Source: Patescibacteria group bacterium (GTDB lineage Bacteria > Patescibacteriota > Microgenomatia > Levybacterales > GWA1-39-11). From it: a stretch of DNA of 64,000 bases. A program made the translations under genes and the position numbers. The DNA is taken from the NCBI GenBank assembly GCA_035549295.1, contig DASZRG010000033.1:2304-66303 (forward strand). Direction: 5' to 3'. The number at the start of each line of letters is the position of its first letter. Position 1 is the first letter of the stretch. Below, in pieces: positions 47,449-56,269 of the stretch. Below the pieces are notes generated by a model. The model was not told the DNA's origin. It worked only from the letters and a program-made list of their open reading frames with translations, and made no database searches.

Positions 47449-47470
47449 GAAAAGTATGATCGATCATACT
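47449..47470. promoter_or_regulatory. 22-bp perfect palindrome aaagtatgatcgatcatacttt (copy 3)
   Basis: In the promoter region of the 46875..47426 minus-strand gene. Confidence 0.6.
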
Positions 47471-47540
47471 TTTTCTTAGGAAGGATTGCATTGAAGCTTA
47501 AAATCTTGCAGCTTGGCGGAGATTGCGGGAAAGTATTATG

Positions 47541-48053
47541 TTAGTTTTTGACCATTTCAATCTTTGGTAAAACTTTTCCGCTCGCAAAAATTACTGGGTC
47601 GTCGCTTGTGGGACCATTTTCTACAAACCCAAGTTTTTTGTAAAAGTTGATAGCTTTTTGGTTGTAAGAAACTACATTAAGAGAAATTTTCCCAGCTCCC
47701 AATTGTTCAAGTCCTTTTTCCAACAATGCTCGTCCGATTCCTTGTTCTTGATATTCAGGTAATACGAATATAGCCGCAATTTTTCTGTTTGGTATATCAA
47801 CTCCCATAAATCCGACAATTTCTCCTCCGTCTTTGGCAACCAAAGAGACGGAAGTGTCAGTATTTTTTATGATTTCGGCAATTTCTTCAGTTCTTTCAGG
47901 AGTTAACATTTCATTTGTTTTCGAATCGATATCTTCACGAGTAATTCCTAATTCTTCATTTGGATAAGTTTGAAGCCAAGTTATTTTTTGGATTTCCCTA
48001 AATCTTTTTGCATCCTCAGGTCTTGCAGGAAGTATTTTGATATTATTGTTCAT
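47541..48053 (-). CDS. GNAT family N-acetyltransferase
   Basis: Motif A QEQGIGRALLEKG in a GNAT-length protein. Confidence 0.7.
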   Translation of the reverse strand: MNNNIKILPARPEDAKRFREIQKITWLQTYPNEELGITREDIDSKTNEMLTPERTEEIAEIIKNTDTSVSLVAKDGGEIVGFMGVDIPNRKIAAIFVLPEYQEQGIGRALLEKGLEQLGAGKISLNVVSYNQKAINFYKKLGFVENGPTSDDPVIFASGKVLPKIEMVKN

Positions 48054-48166
48054 GCATTAATTATATCAGGAGTACGATCCAGCTCCTTTTGCAGGCATTA
48101 GTCAGCGATCTTCGAACAATGTGGCATAAAATAAGCTCTTTTGATATTGGACAACTTCAAAAGTTC

Positions 48167-48898
48167 TTAGCTCTCCAGCCCGCTTTTTAGGAAATTAAGT
48201 TCCTCTTGATATACAGGTTGTACCACATCATAATCCCACGAACTATGATCTTGTCCAGCGAGTATCATTACTGATTGTCCTTTTTGTTTTACTTTATCTA
48301 TAACTTGATTTCGCAACTCTTCACTTATATATTTATCATTTTCTCCGTAAACAAGGTGTATCTTACCCGTATAATTATCTAAACAATCAAAAAAGTTTGC
48401 ATTTCTAGCTTCCTGCCAAAATGTTCCTTTGTATCTCTGTCCACCTTCTTCATAAACTACATTAGCGTCTTTATCAAATGTAGATTTAGGATCAGGAACC
48501 CACACAATTATAGCTGGGATTTTACCTCTTAATTCTTCTTTTGAAGTAGCTATCATCGCTGTAGTTGCTCCCATACTCTGACCGAGAAGTATTACTTTAT
48601 AGTCTTTATCTAAGTACTTTTTAGCAAAATATGCTGTTGTATTTACCCAATCGTTAAAAGAGGAGTTTATATAATCTCCTTCTGAGTTCCCACTACATGC
48701 TTGATCAAAACGTAAGCTAGAAAATCCTTCTTTCAAAAGGAGCTGTTCAAAATCAACAAAAGTCCTTGCAGGGCCAATAGATGTTCCCCTGAAACCGTGA
48801 CTCATAATCACAATTTTATTCTGAGGGTTTTCTGGCTCTGTAAGAATGTTAAAAATTTCTCTCCCATTTATTATTTCAAAACTAACTTGTTTATTCAT
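48167..48898 (-). CDS. alpha/beta-hydrolase
   Basis: Nucleophile elbow LLGQSMGATTA and a late His (GQDHSSW). Confidence 0.6.
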   Translation of the reverse strand: MNKQVSFEIINGREIFNILTEPENPQNKIVIMSHGFRGTSIGPARTFVDFEQLLLKEGFSSLRFDQACSGNSEGDYINSSFNDWVNTTAYFAKKYLDKDYKVILLGQSMGATTAMIATSKEELRGKIPAIIVWVPDPKSTFDKDANVVYEEGGQRYKGTFWQEARNANFFDCLDNYTGKIHLVYGENDKYISEELRNQVIDKVKQKGQSVMILAGQDHSSWDYDVVQPVYQEELNFLKSGLES

Positions 48899-48973
48899 AT
48901 TGCGATTATCTCAAACCCGCAGAAGAATATAAAGAGTTGATGAAGAGTTCGAGGATAGTACATCCAGAGTTTG

Positions 48974-49044
48974 CAGGGACGCAGGGATTCGAACCCTGAA
49001 AAAAGGTTTTGGAGACCTCTATGATACCATTTCATCACATCCCT
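48974..49044 (-). tRNA. tRNA-Trp (anticodon CCA)
   Basis: Hand-folded on the minus strand. Acceptor agggatg/cgtccct with one G-U pair. D-stem atga/tcat. Anticodon stem gaggt/acctt with loop ctCCAaa. T-arm caggg-ttcgaat-ccctg. Discriminator G. Confidence 0.6.
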
Positions 49045-49099
49045 TCGCTCATGGTGCCCAAAAGCACCCTCCAATTATATTTAAATTCAACCTCATATT

Positions 49100-49146
49100 C
49101 AACGGCAGGAGGGATTCGAACGTACCTCATTTGATATAATCTCAGC
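49100..49146 (+). promoter_or_regulatory. conserved upstream element caacggcaggagggattcgaacgtacctc followed by TGATATAAT
   Basis: A T-arm-like GGATTCGAAC box followed by an extended -10, ending 9 nt before the ATG. A second copy is at 49764..49801. Confidence 0.4.
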
Positions 49147-49671
49147 ATGAACTTATTGGAAGAAGTTATCGAATCAGAAAGACTAAAGCTGGTTCCAACC
49201 TCAGAGGAATATGCTCAAGACATCTATAAAGAATTTACTCGAGAGATAACTGAGTACATGTACCCAAAATCAGCAGATGACGTTTCAGAAACCTTAGAAT
49301 TCATTAAGTTTTCGAGAGATAAAATGGAAACAGGTGAACAATTGCAGGTTGTAATTCTCAATAAAAATACAGGTGAATTTTTAGGACACGGAGGAATAAA
49401 TCATCTTGATTCAGGTACCCCCGAATTAGGCATTTGGATAAAAAGAGATGCTCATGGTAACAAGTATGGATTAGAGGCAATACATGCATTAAAGAACTGG
49501 ATTGATAGAAATTTGTCATATAGATATATCTTCTATCCCGTTGATAATCGGAACATTGCAAGCAGGAAAATAGCAGAAAGTTTAGGTGGAATAATTGAAG
49601 ATGAATACAAAAAAACAAACATGCAGGGAAATATTTTAGACATGGTCGAATATAGAATTTATCCGAAATAA
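49147..49671 (+). CDS. GNAT family N-acetyltransferase (RimL/RimJ-like)
   Basis: ERLKLVPTSEEYAQDIYKEF is a RimL-type N-terminus. GNAT-length protein. Confidence 0.55.
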   Translation: MNLLEEVIESERLKLVPTSEEYAQDIYKEFTREITEYMYPKSADDVSETLEFIKFSRDKMETGEQLQVVILNKNTGEFLGHGGINHLDSGTPELGIWIKRDAHGNKYGLEAIHALKNWIDRNLSYRYIFYPVDNRNIASRKIAESLGGIIEDEYKKTNMQGNILDMVEYRIYPK

Positions 49672-49763
49672 TACTTTCCTACAAAGTTTACAAGAACCCA
49701 CCACACTCATCTCGGGTTCGCTTGTGAACGTAGCCTGCAACGGATTTAGCTTCAAATTTTATA

Positions 49764-49801
49764 CAACCACGGAGGAATTCGACCTCTGATATAATAACCG
49801 G
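49764..49801 (+). promoter_or_regulatory. second copy of the ggaggaattcgacc plus TGATATAAT upstream element
   Basis: caaccacggaggaattcgacctctgatataataaccgg directly precedes the ATG at 49802. Confidence 0.4.
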
Positions 49802-50152
49802 ATGAAAAGATACATATTTATATTTATCAATGTCATCCTCGCTTGTTTTTTTGCATTATTGTTGTTGAGTTCACCTTACGTCGCAATTCAAGGAGACAAT
49901 ATCTTTCGCCTTTTGAATATTTACTGGGGAAATATTGTCATTTTTCTCTTTATAGTAATCAACTGCACGACTGCTTATAAACTTTCCATTAAGACTGAGC
50001 AAAAGAATCTTAATAGATATATGTTATGGACGTTTTTTACAATTGTTGGTTTCTTTGTAGTTTTTGTAGTTGGAGTTGCGCTCTCCTCGTCAGAAGCTCC
50101 AACGGGTCCAACACCCGAAGAGGTTTTTAGGCTTCAGATTATAAAGTTATAA
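49802..50152 (+). CDS. small membrane protein (116 aa)
   Basis: Three predicted TM helices. Confidence 0.4.
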   Translation: MKRYIFIFINVILACFFALLLLSSPYVAIQGDNIFRLLNIYWGNIVIFLFIVINCTTAYKLSIKTEQKNLNRYMLWTFFTIVGFFVVFVVGVALSSSEAPTGPTPEEVFRLQIIKL

Positions 50153-50232
50153 CTTCCTACACCTGAACAGCTGATAGGGTTCTCGTTATAGTGTTAATTT
50201 GATTTTTTGATTTTGTTTGGTAAAGTAAATTT

Positions 50233-50994
50233 ATGCCAGAAGAAACTTCAAAAGACGGTCCCCCATCAGAAAGTCATTTGATCCCCATAGGAGAAAATGG
50301 GATGCAGCCAACAGGATTGAAAAGCAAATTATCAGTGGGACTCCATGAAGTCGGACGCAGAATTAAACATGAACCTTCAGATGAGGAAGTAGTTACACTT
50401 GCCGGCGATGTGTTAAAAAAACTTCTCGAAGGTATTGAGGAAGGAGGTACAGTTTCGCTTTTCAACGATATCAAAAGCGGTGATCTTGTAACTGCTGTAT
50501 TTCATGGTGAATTCACTTCTGCAAAAATCCCACATTTAGATGTCTCCTTGTGGAAAAAGGAAAGGAAGCCAAATGATGAAACACTTTCAACGCAGAAACA
50601 GCTTTTTAATGAAACAGAGGCTAGAATTTCTTTACAGGCAAGCGAAGCCTCACCTCTAAGAAGATCTCTTGTTATTAGACAGTTATGGGACGCGCCGGAA
50701 AATGATTATAGCGTTGTTTTTGTGAGAGATATTGATAATGAATCGGTAAACACAGCTCTACCACGCCGAAATAGCGAGAAAGTAAAATTTATGCAAGATA
50801 TCCTTGAAACCAAAGTTGATGTTGCTGCAAACGAAGCTCATTTTGGCCGACCTTACTTTCCTGGAGATACAAGATCTGCAACTAGACCGGGTGATAAAGC
50901 AGACCATACCATGCATTGGGTACGAGACGTAAAAGACCGCTTACCTCTATTAACAGCTCACGCCCCCGCACTCATTACAGGACCTAGTGAATAA
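50233..50994 (+). CDS. hypothetical protein (253 aa)
   Basis: ORF only. Confidence 0.4.
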   Translation: MPEETSKDGPPSESHLIPIGENGMQPTGLKSKLSVGLHEVGRRIKHEPSDEEVVTLAGDVLKKLLEGIEEGGTVSLFNDIKSGDLVTAVFHGEFTSAKIPHLDVSLWKKERKPNDETLSTQKQLFNETEARISLQASEASPLRRSLVIRQLWDAPENDYSVVFVRDIDNESVNTALPRRNSEKVKFMQDILETKVDVAANEAHFGRPYFPGDTRSATRPGDKADHTMHWVRDVKDRLPLLTAHAPALITGPSE

Positions 50995-51242
50995 TAAGTT
51001 CTCAACCTCCAAAGGCGGGCAAGCATAGGGACTCAGGAGAAGTTCTAATTGGTTTTGAATACTTTTACTTGACGTGCAGTCCCTAATTCTTCTGCGGTCA
51101 TTTGTTTTGGCCACAACAGGTCCCTTGAGCTACCGTAAATGGGAATGCGCCATCGCTGCTTGCACTGAACAAAGCGAATGTGTTGAACTGATATTGTTTG
51201 ATGTGCTTATACTACTCTTCAAACTTTGTTAAACTAGCAAGG

Positions 51243-51821
51243 ATGGCAAACAAAGATCATATCAATCAGGGACTATTACTTGAATATATCACTCTACTAT
51301 GGAATGTTGTTGGGTGCGTAGTGGTTGTATTTGCCGCTTATACGGCGAGATCAGTTGCGCTTCTAGGATTTGGAATAGATAGTTTGATTGAAATTTTTGC
51401 TTCAATTGTCGTTGTATGGCAGCTTAAATCAATCAACAAAGATAAAGAAAAATTTGCCGAGCATCTCATCTGTATGGCATTTTTACTCCTTGCGGCCTAT
51501 ATCTTAATTCAGTCAATAATTGTTTTGTTTACACAGTTTCATGCGAGCAACTCACCTCTTGGAATTTTCTGGCTTGCGATAACTGCTGTTGCAATGTACC
51601 TTTTAGCATTTGGCAAATCAAGGGTTGGCAAAAAATTGAATAATCCCGTACTCATGAAGGAAGCAAAAGTTACACTAGTTGACGGATTTCTTGCAACAAG
51701 CGTACTTGTCGGACTTCTTCTACAGGCATTATTTAAATTCTGGTGGGCAGATCCACTCACGGGATTTGTAATTGTTTATTATGGAGTAAAAGAAGGCCTC
51801 CACACATTTGATAATCATTAG
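51243..51821 (+). CDS. cation diffusion facilitator (CDF) transporter, membrane domain only
   Basis: Start at MANKDH. Six TM helices with a CDF-like arrangement (LLGFGIDSLIEIF...). No C-terminal cytoplasmic domain. Confidence 0.5.
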   Translation: MANKDHINQGLLLEYITLLWNVVGCVVVVFAAYTARSVALLGFGIDSLIEIFASIVVVWQLKSINKDKEKFAEHLICMAFLLLAAYILIQSIIVLFTQFHASNSPLGIFWLAITAVAMYLLAFGKSRVGKKLNNPVLMKEAKVTLVDGFLATSVLVGLLLQALFKFWWADPLTGFVIVYYGVKEGLHTFDNH

Positions 51822-51897
51822 AATTATGTATTAAAGTATAGAAACTTAACGCTTCCACTGATATGGTTTGATACCATTGACAACTCCAAATACATAG

Positions 51898-52260
51898 GTG
51901 CTATACTGTCTCACTATGGCAAATAAAACTGTAAATACTCCTGCCACCATTGTTGACGTTAACAAGGCTTTGAAGAGTTCTGAAAAGGTTTTGAGAACTG
52001 AAATATTAAGAGTTGAGGAACGTGTTGAAAGAGTTGAGGAACGCGTTGAAAGAGTTGAGGAACGCGTTGAAAGAGTTGAGATAAAGCTTACGTCAATGGA
52101 CGCAAAACTTGATAAGATTTCTAATCAATTGGATGGTTTTGTAGGAAGAGTTGATGATTTATCAAATGATAACGAAATTGGCACTGATCATATCCATGAA
52201 CTACGCAAAACCACAAAGGACCACGAGAAAAGAATTGCAAAACTTGAATCTGTAAACTAA
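51898..52260 (+). CDS. coiled-coil protein with an RVEERVE heptad tandem
   Basis: A 21-bp unit gttgaggaacgcgttgaaaga is repeated at 52011..52080 more than three times. The probable start is MANKTV. Confidence 0.4.
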   Translation: MLYCLTMANKTVNTPATIVDVNKALKSSEKVLRTEILRVEERVERVEERVERVEERVERVEIKLTSMDAKLDKISNQLDGFVGRVDDLSNDNEIGTDHIHELRKTTKDHEKRIAKLESVN

Positions 52261-52808
52261 TCTGATAACTCTTCTCTTTTTATTACCATTATGTCGGTTA
52301 GATCGGGGTCGTCGGGGATTTGTACAGTTTTGACATATTTAAATCCTACTTTCTCATATGCCTTGATAGCTCTTTTGTTATCTGGTTCTGGACCAATAAT
52401 ACAAGTTGTTATATCTGGATTGGCGAATACAATTTCCTTTAGAAATTTTTTTAACATCATACTCCCAAATCCGCGTCCTACAAAATCCTGCTCACCGATA
52501 AATAGGTCAACGCTCGCAGTGTGGTCGTCGTAACCAACATACTGTCCAAATTCCTCCCAATAATCATTCACTTTATAATTTTGAATGTATGCGACAGGTT
52601 TAATATCGTATAAAACGAGATGAGGTGCTGTAGGTTTGTTCCCAATAATTTTTGGGTCGTAACGCTTGGCAACCTCTTCAAGCGAGTTATCTTTATCTTT
52701 GTCGTACCACTCATGGACATGAGGCTCAGACAACCATCTTTGCATAAGAGGCAGATCCTCCGATAGGAGTTTTCTAAATGAAATTTTACCCTCATCAAAC
52801 ATATCCAA
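52257..52808 (-). CDS. GNAT N-acetyltransferase (AAC(6')-like)
   Basis: LMQRWLSEPHVHEWY, LYDIKPVAYIQNY and GRGFGSMMLKKFL resemble aminoglycoside 6'-N-acetyltransferase-type GNATs. Confidence 0.6.
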   Translation of the reverse strand: MDMFDEGKISFRKLLSEDLPLMQRWLSEPHVHEWYDKDKDNSLEEVAKRYDPKIIGNKPTAPHLVLYDIKPVAYIQNYKVNDYWEEFGQYVGYDDHTASVDLFIGEQDFVGRGFGSMMLKKFLKEIVFANPDITTCIIGPEPDNKRAIKAYEKVGFKYVKTVQIPDDPDLTDIMVIKREELSD

Positions 52809-52873
52809 ATTGTAACACGAAGATATGACACAACGATATTTGGAAGCAAACAGTTAACTGATATAATCACAGT

Positions 52874-53575
52874 ATGGGTGCGGAAGAAAAAGTAAGTCTC
52901 AAAATTCTTGAGGAGCTAGGAGCAAAGCCATCTATAAGCGAAGAGCACGGCTTAGCTTTAATCAGAGACACGGATCTTAAAATATTTAGTCCGGGGATAA
53001 GTACGGCGGGTTTTGCAGAAATCCGCATGGCAAACGGAAATCCTGATCGACATATTGTAGCAACAACTATCGACCAACAAGGTCTTGAATTCGCTAATCA
53101 AGTAATTGGCGAAGTAGGATTGCAAGATCGCATCAAAACAAAACTTGAAGACCTTCGAGATGGTGGATATCCTGATGATTCGTTTGATTTTATTTATGCA
53201 CGCTTAGTGCTCCACTATCTTTCAACTCAAGACTTGGATTTAGTCTTAGGCAAACTGGCAAAATCTCTAAAATATGAAGGAAGAATGTTTGTGGTAGTAA
53301 GATCTGAGAAAAATATGGATAGAACAGACCCCAATGTAACTTATGATTCAGCTACGAAACTTACCACGTATCCAACTTACAGACCAGATGGATCTATCAA
53401 TGCAAAACATACTAGATACTTTCATACACCCGAATCGATTACTTCTCATTTTGGAAATGCAGGTCTTAAGGTAAATGATTTACAAGAATATGAGGAACAA
53501 CTTTATGGTGATTTTATGAGAAAAGAAATTTCTCAGACAAAAGATCATGTTATTGAGTTTATCGCCACAAAATAA
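52874..53575 (+). CDS. class I SAM-dependent methyltransferase-like protein
   Basis: ILEELGAKPSISE...GISTAG and DFIYARLVLHYL resemble motifs I and post-II. Confidence 0.4.
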   Translation: MGAEEKVSLKILEELGAKPSISEEHGLALIRDTDLKIFSPGISTAGFAEIRMANGNPDRHIVATTIDQQGLEFANQVIGEVGLQDRIKTKLEDLRDGGYPDDSFDFIYARLVLHYLSTQDLDLVLGKLAKSLKYEGRMFVVVRSEKNMDRTDPNVTYDSATKLTTYPTYRPDGSINAKHTRYFHTPESITSHFGNAGLKVNDLQEYEEQLYGDFMRKEISQTKDHVIEFIATK

Positions 53576-53596
53576 ATTGTTTTAGTTTCTTATTGA

Positions 53597-54847
53597 ATGA
53601 AAACGCGATACAAGAAATTATTTATAAATTACAAATATGAGATTATTTTATTTGTAACTTTTATTTTTCTTCGCTTCTTTGAGCTTTATGGGAGAGGATT
53701 TGTAGGATGGGATCAAACCGACAGCGCATGGGCAACGTATAGAATACTCACCCAAAACTTTTTCACTTTGCAGGGCGTGCCTATTAAAGGAAATGCCGGG
53801 ATGTATCTTGGGCCTCTATATTACTATCTCATCACCCCATTCTACTTTATAACCCGCATGGATATGAGCGCATCACTATTCTTTGCTGGAGTTGTAAGTA
53901 TAGTAAGTGTTGTTATTTTCTTTTATATAACCAAACAACTTTTTGATAAACAAACTGCATTGGTTTCAACTGTTATCTATACGTTTTCGGTAGGTGTCGT
54001 GGCAGCAGATCGCATACAAGCGGCATATATTCTTATCCCGATTATTTCTTTTGCATTTTTCTATTGTCTGTATCGATTCCTTACAGGAAATGAAAAATAC
54101 TTGTTATACGCGGCGATAGTTATCGGATTTGGGTTTCATGCCCATTTCACAACAGTCTTCTATCTAATAATTCTTCTACTTACACTCCCATTCTTCCCAA
54201 GAACCAAAAGAACTCTTCAGTATGGACTTTATAGTCTGCTTGCTTTTGCAGTCTTCACTTTTCCACTATGGATACCTCTTCTTTTTAAACACGCAGGGTC
54301 TAATTCAATACTTTCGTATTTGTCATCATCAAATCACGGCTTCCATTTAGTAAGGCTCTGGCAACTTCGCAACGACGCATTTATTAGCTTTCAGAATATA
54401 TTCCAATTACCCGTGCTTAGACCTCTCGTATTCCTACTTATTCCACTATTTGCTTATGTTTTAAAAAAATCAAAGTCAGAGAAAATTATTTTCATATATC
54501 TAACTGTGCTTTGGGTAATCATTCCGTGGATTGCTTTTTCGATGTACAACGGGGAAATAACAGACTATTATTTCTCGCTACCCAGAAATTTGGGATTTAT
54601 GATGATGGGAGTTATTCTGGTTGCGTTATTCAAATCTAAAAACCAAATTATCAAATACTTTCCAGCGCTACTGCTTGTTGTATATGCGGCATACAATTTA
54701 TATTTATTCAACGGACTTCCCAAAGGCAATTATCTCAGTGTTACAGAAAATGCCAAATACAATCTCGCGGCCCACAAGAAGCTTAAATTTATAGATCGCG
54801 ACCCCAATTATTACACATACTACATTTATTCACTGCGGAAAAAATAA
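53597..54847 (+). CDS. polytopic membrane glycosyltransferase (ArnT/PMT-like, GT83/GT39-like)
   Basis: About 11 TM helices with an N-terminal loop and acidic patch, typical of lipid-linked sugar glycosyltransferases. Confidence 0.45.
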   Translation: MKTRYKKLFINYKYEIILFVTFIFLRFFELYGRGFVGWDQTDSAWATYRILTQNFFTLQGVPIKGNAGMYLGPLYYYLITPFYFITRMDMSASLFFAGVVSIVSVVIFFYITKQLFDKQTALVSTVIYTFSVGVVAADRIQAAYILIPIISFAFFYCLYRFLTGNEKYLLYAAIVIGFGFHAHFTTVFYLIILLLTLPFFPRTKRTLQYGLYSLLAFAVFTFPLWIPLLFKHAGSNSILSYLSSSNHGFHLVRLWQLRNDAFISFQNIFQLPVLRPLVFLLIPLFAYVLKKSKSEKIIFIYLTVLWVIIPWIAFSMYNGEITDYYFSLPRNLGFMMMGVILVALFKSKNQIIKYFPALLLVVYAAYNLYLFNGLPKGNYLSVTENAKYNLAAHKKLKFIDRDPNYYTYYIYSLRKK

Positions 54848-54875
54848 GACTTCCAACTAGCGATAATATATAATT

Positions 54876-55469
54876 GTGTTTATGTCGAAGGATCGCGTTG
54901 AGGGATTTAGTGATGGAGTATTTGCAGTGGCGCTCACACTGCTTGTCTTGGGAATTAGAATTCCAAATATTCCAGCACATTCTACTTCAACCGAATATCT
55001 TTCATTGATGGCGCCAATCATTCCGAGCGTTATAAGTTTTATACTTTCTTTTGTAATTATTTCTGTGCATTGGATCAATCATCATTATTTCTTCCGTCAT
55101 CTGCATAGTACTCCGATAAAAATTGTTTGGATGAATAATTTCTTTCTTCTCTGGATATGCTTCATGCCTTTTCCGACGGCAATGCTCGGAAGCCACCCTA
55201 CCGACCAATTTCCTCTAATTTTATTTGCAATAAACCAATTGCTTTGTGCACTAACTTTTTTTGGATTTAGAATTTACGCGACAAATAAAAAGCTATATGT
55301 CGGAGAAAAGGAATCAGAAAGATATTTTGGGCCAAGACACAGTCTACCTGCAATCGCAATTTACACACTTACTATAGTCATTGCATTTGTAAATACTTCA
55401 GCTGCGTTGGCATTCCTACTCCTGGCACCGGTTCTCTACTTCATCCCCAACAAAATAAAACTTGAGTGA
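54876..55469 (+). CDS. DUF1211/TMEM175-family membrane protein (putative K+ channel homologue)
   Basis: Signature RVEGFSDGVFAVALTLLVL at the N-terminus and six TM helices. Confidence 0.65.
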   Translation: MFMSKDRVEGFSDGVFAVALTLLVLGIRIPNIPAHSTSTEYLSLMAPIIPSVISFILSFVIISVHWINHHYFFRHLHSTPIKIVWMNNFFLLWICFMPFPTAMLGSHPTDQFPLILFAINQLLCALTFFGFRIYATNKKLYVGEKESERYFGPRHSLPAIAIYTLTIVIAFVNTSAALAFLLLAPVLYFIPNKIKLE

Positions 55470-55522
55470 TATAATCGCAATATAATCCGTGAAAATATCT
55501 ATTATTGATGTAGAATTGCCAA

Positions 55523-56233
55523 ATGCTAAAAGATAAAAAAATTATATTAATTGTTGGCGAAGTTGTCTTGCTCGGAGTTATTGTTCTTTTGATTGTGAAT
55601 AAAATCCATTCAAAAATCGAACCTCGCAAACTATCAAGCAAACCGATAGCCACCTTGCAGTCAGCAAAAGCATCACCCAATATAACAATCCCTGGCCCGA
55701 CGATAGATTTATCAAATTTACAAATATATACCAATGACAGATTTGACTATTCTTTCCAATATCCTGCTGGCTGGGAAATTGAAACGATGCCTACCGAAAC
55801 ATCTAAAAATAGTGACGTAAATTCTGCTGACCATATAAGGCTTTACAACATAAAGACTGAACAATTTGAAGAAGGTTGTCGCAAATCCTTTCATACAGGA
55901 TGCTCTATGGAAAATGGTGATCCTGGAATCATGATAACCACTTCCGAAAATAGTGAAGATCTCGATGCTGATGGATATTTCGTCAACGACGTTGCAAAGG
56001 ACATGACTGTATATGGAAAAGAGGGCGCTTGGGAAGTGATAAAAGAATCCAAAAAAGAGACTATCGCAAATCTAACCGTTATATCCGGAGATGTTACTGG
56101 GCCAGGAGGGTTTTCATACTATTATTTCCTAAGTCCTTCTGAAAAAACAGCATTCAGAACAGAACTGCAATTAAACTCAAACAATTCTCAGATTATGAAA
56201 GAAATATTCTCCTCTTTAAAATTCGCAGATTAA
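55523..56233 (+). CDS. membrane-anchored protein with a PsbP-like module (cassette family member)
   Basis: TM helix, then LQIYTNDRFDYSFQYPAGWEI. Ends IFSSLKFAD. Confidence 0.5.
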   Translation: MLKDKKIILIVGEVVLLGVIVLLIVNKIHSKIEPRKLSSKPIATLQSAKASPNITIPGPTIDLSNLQIYTNDRFDYSFQYPAGWEIETMPTETSKNSDVNSADHIRLYNIKTEQFEEGCRKSFHTGCSMENGDPGIMITTSENSEDLDADGYFVNDVAKDMTVYGKEGAWEVIKESKKETIANLTVISGDVTGPGGFSYYYFLSPSEKTAFRTELQLNSNNSQIMKEIFSSLKFAD

Positions 56234-56269
56234 TTGACTCGGCATAATATTTCCTGAAATACTTGATAA

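Noticed and set aside
49100-49146. A second full tRNA gene, because of the GGATTCGAAC T-loop-like sequence
   Set aside because: No acceptor, D or anticodon stems could be folded around it. Kept only as a tRNA-like or promoter-associated element.
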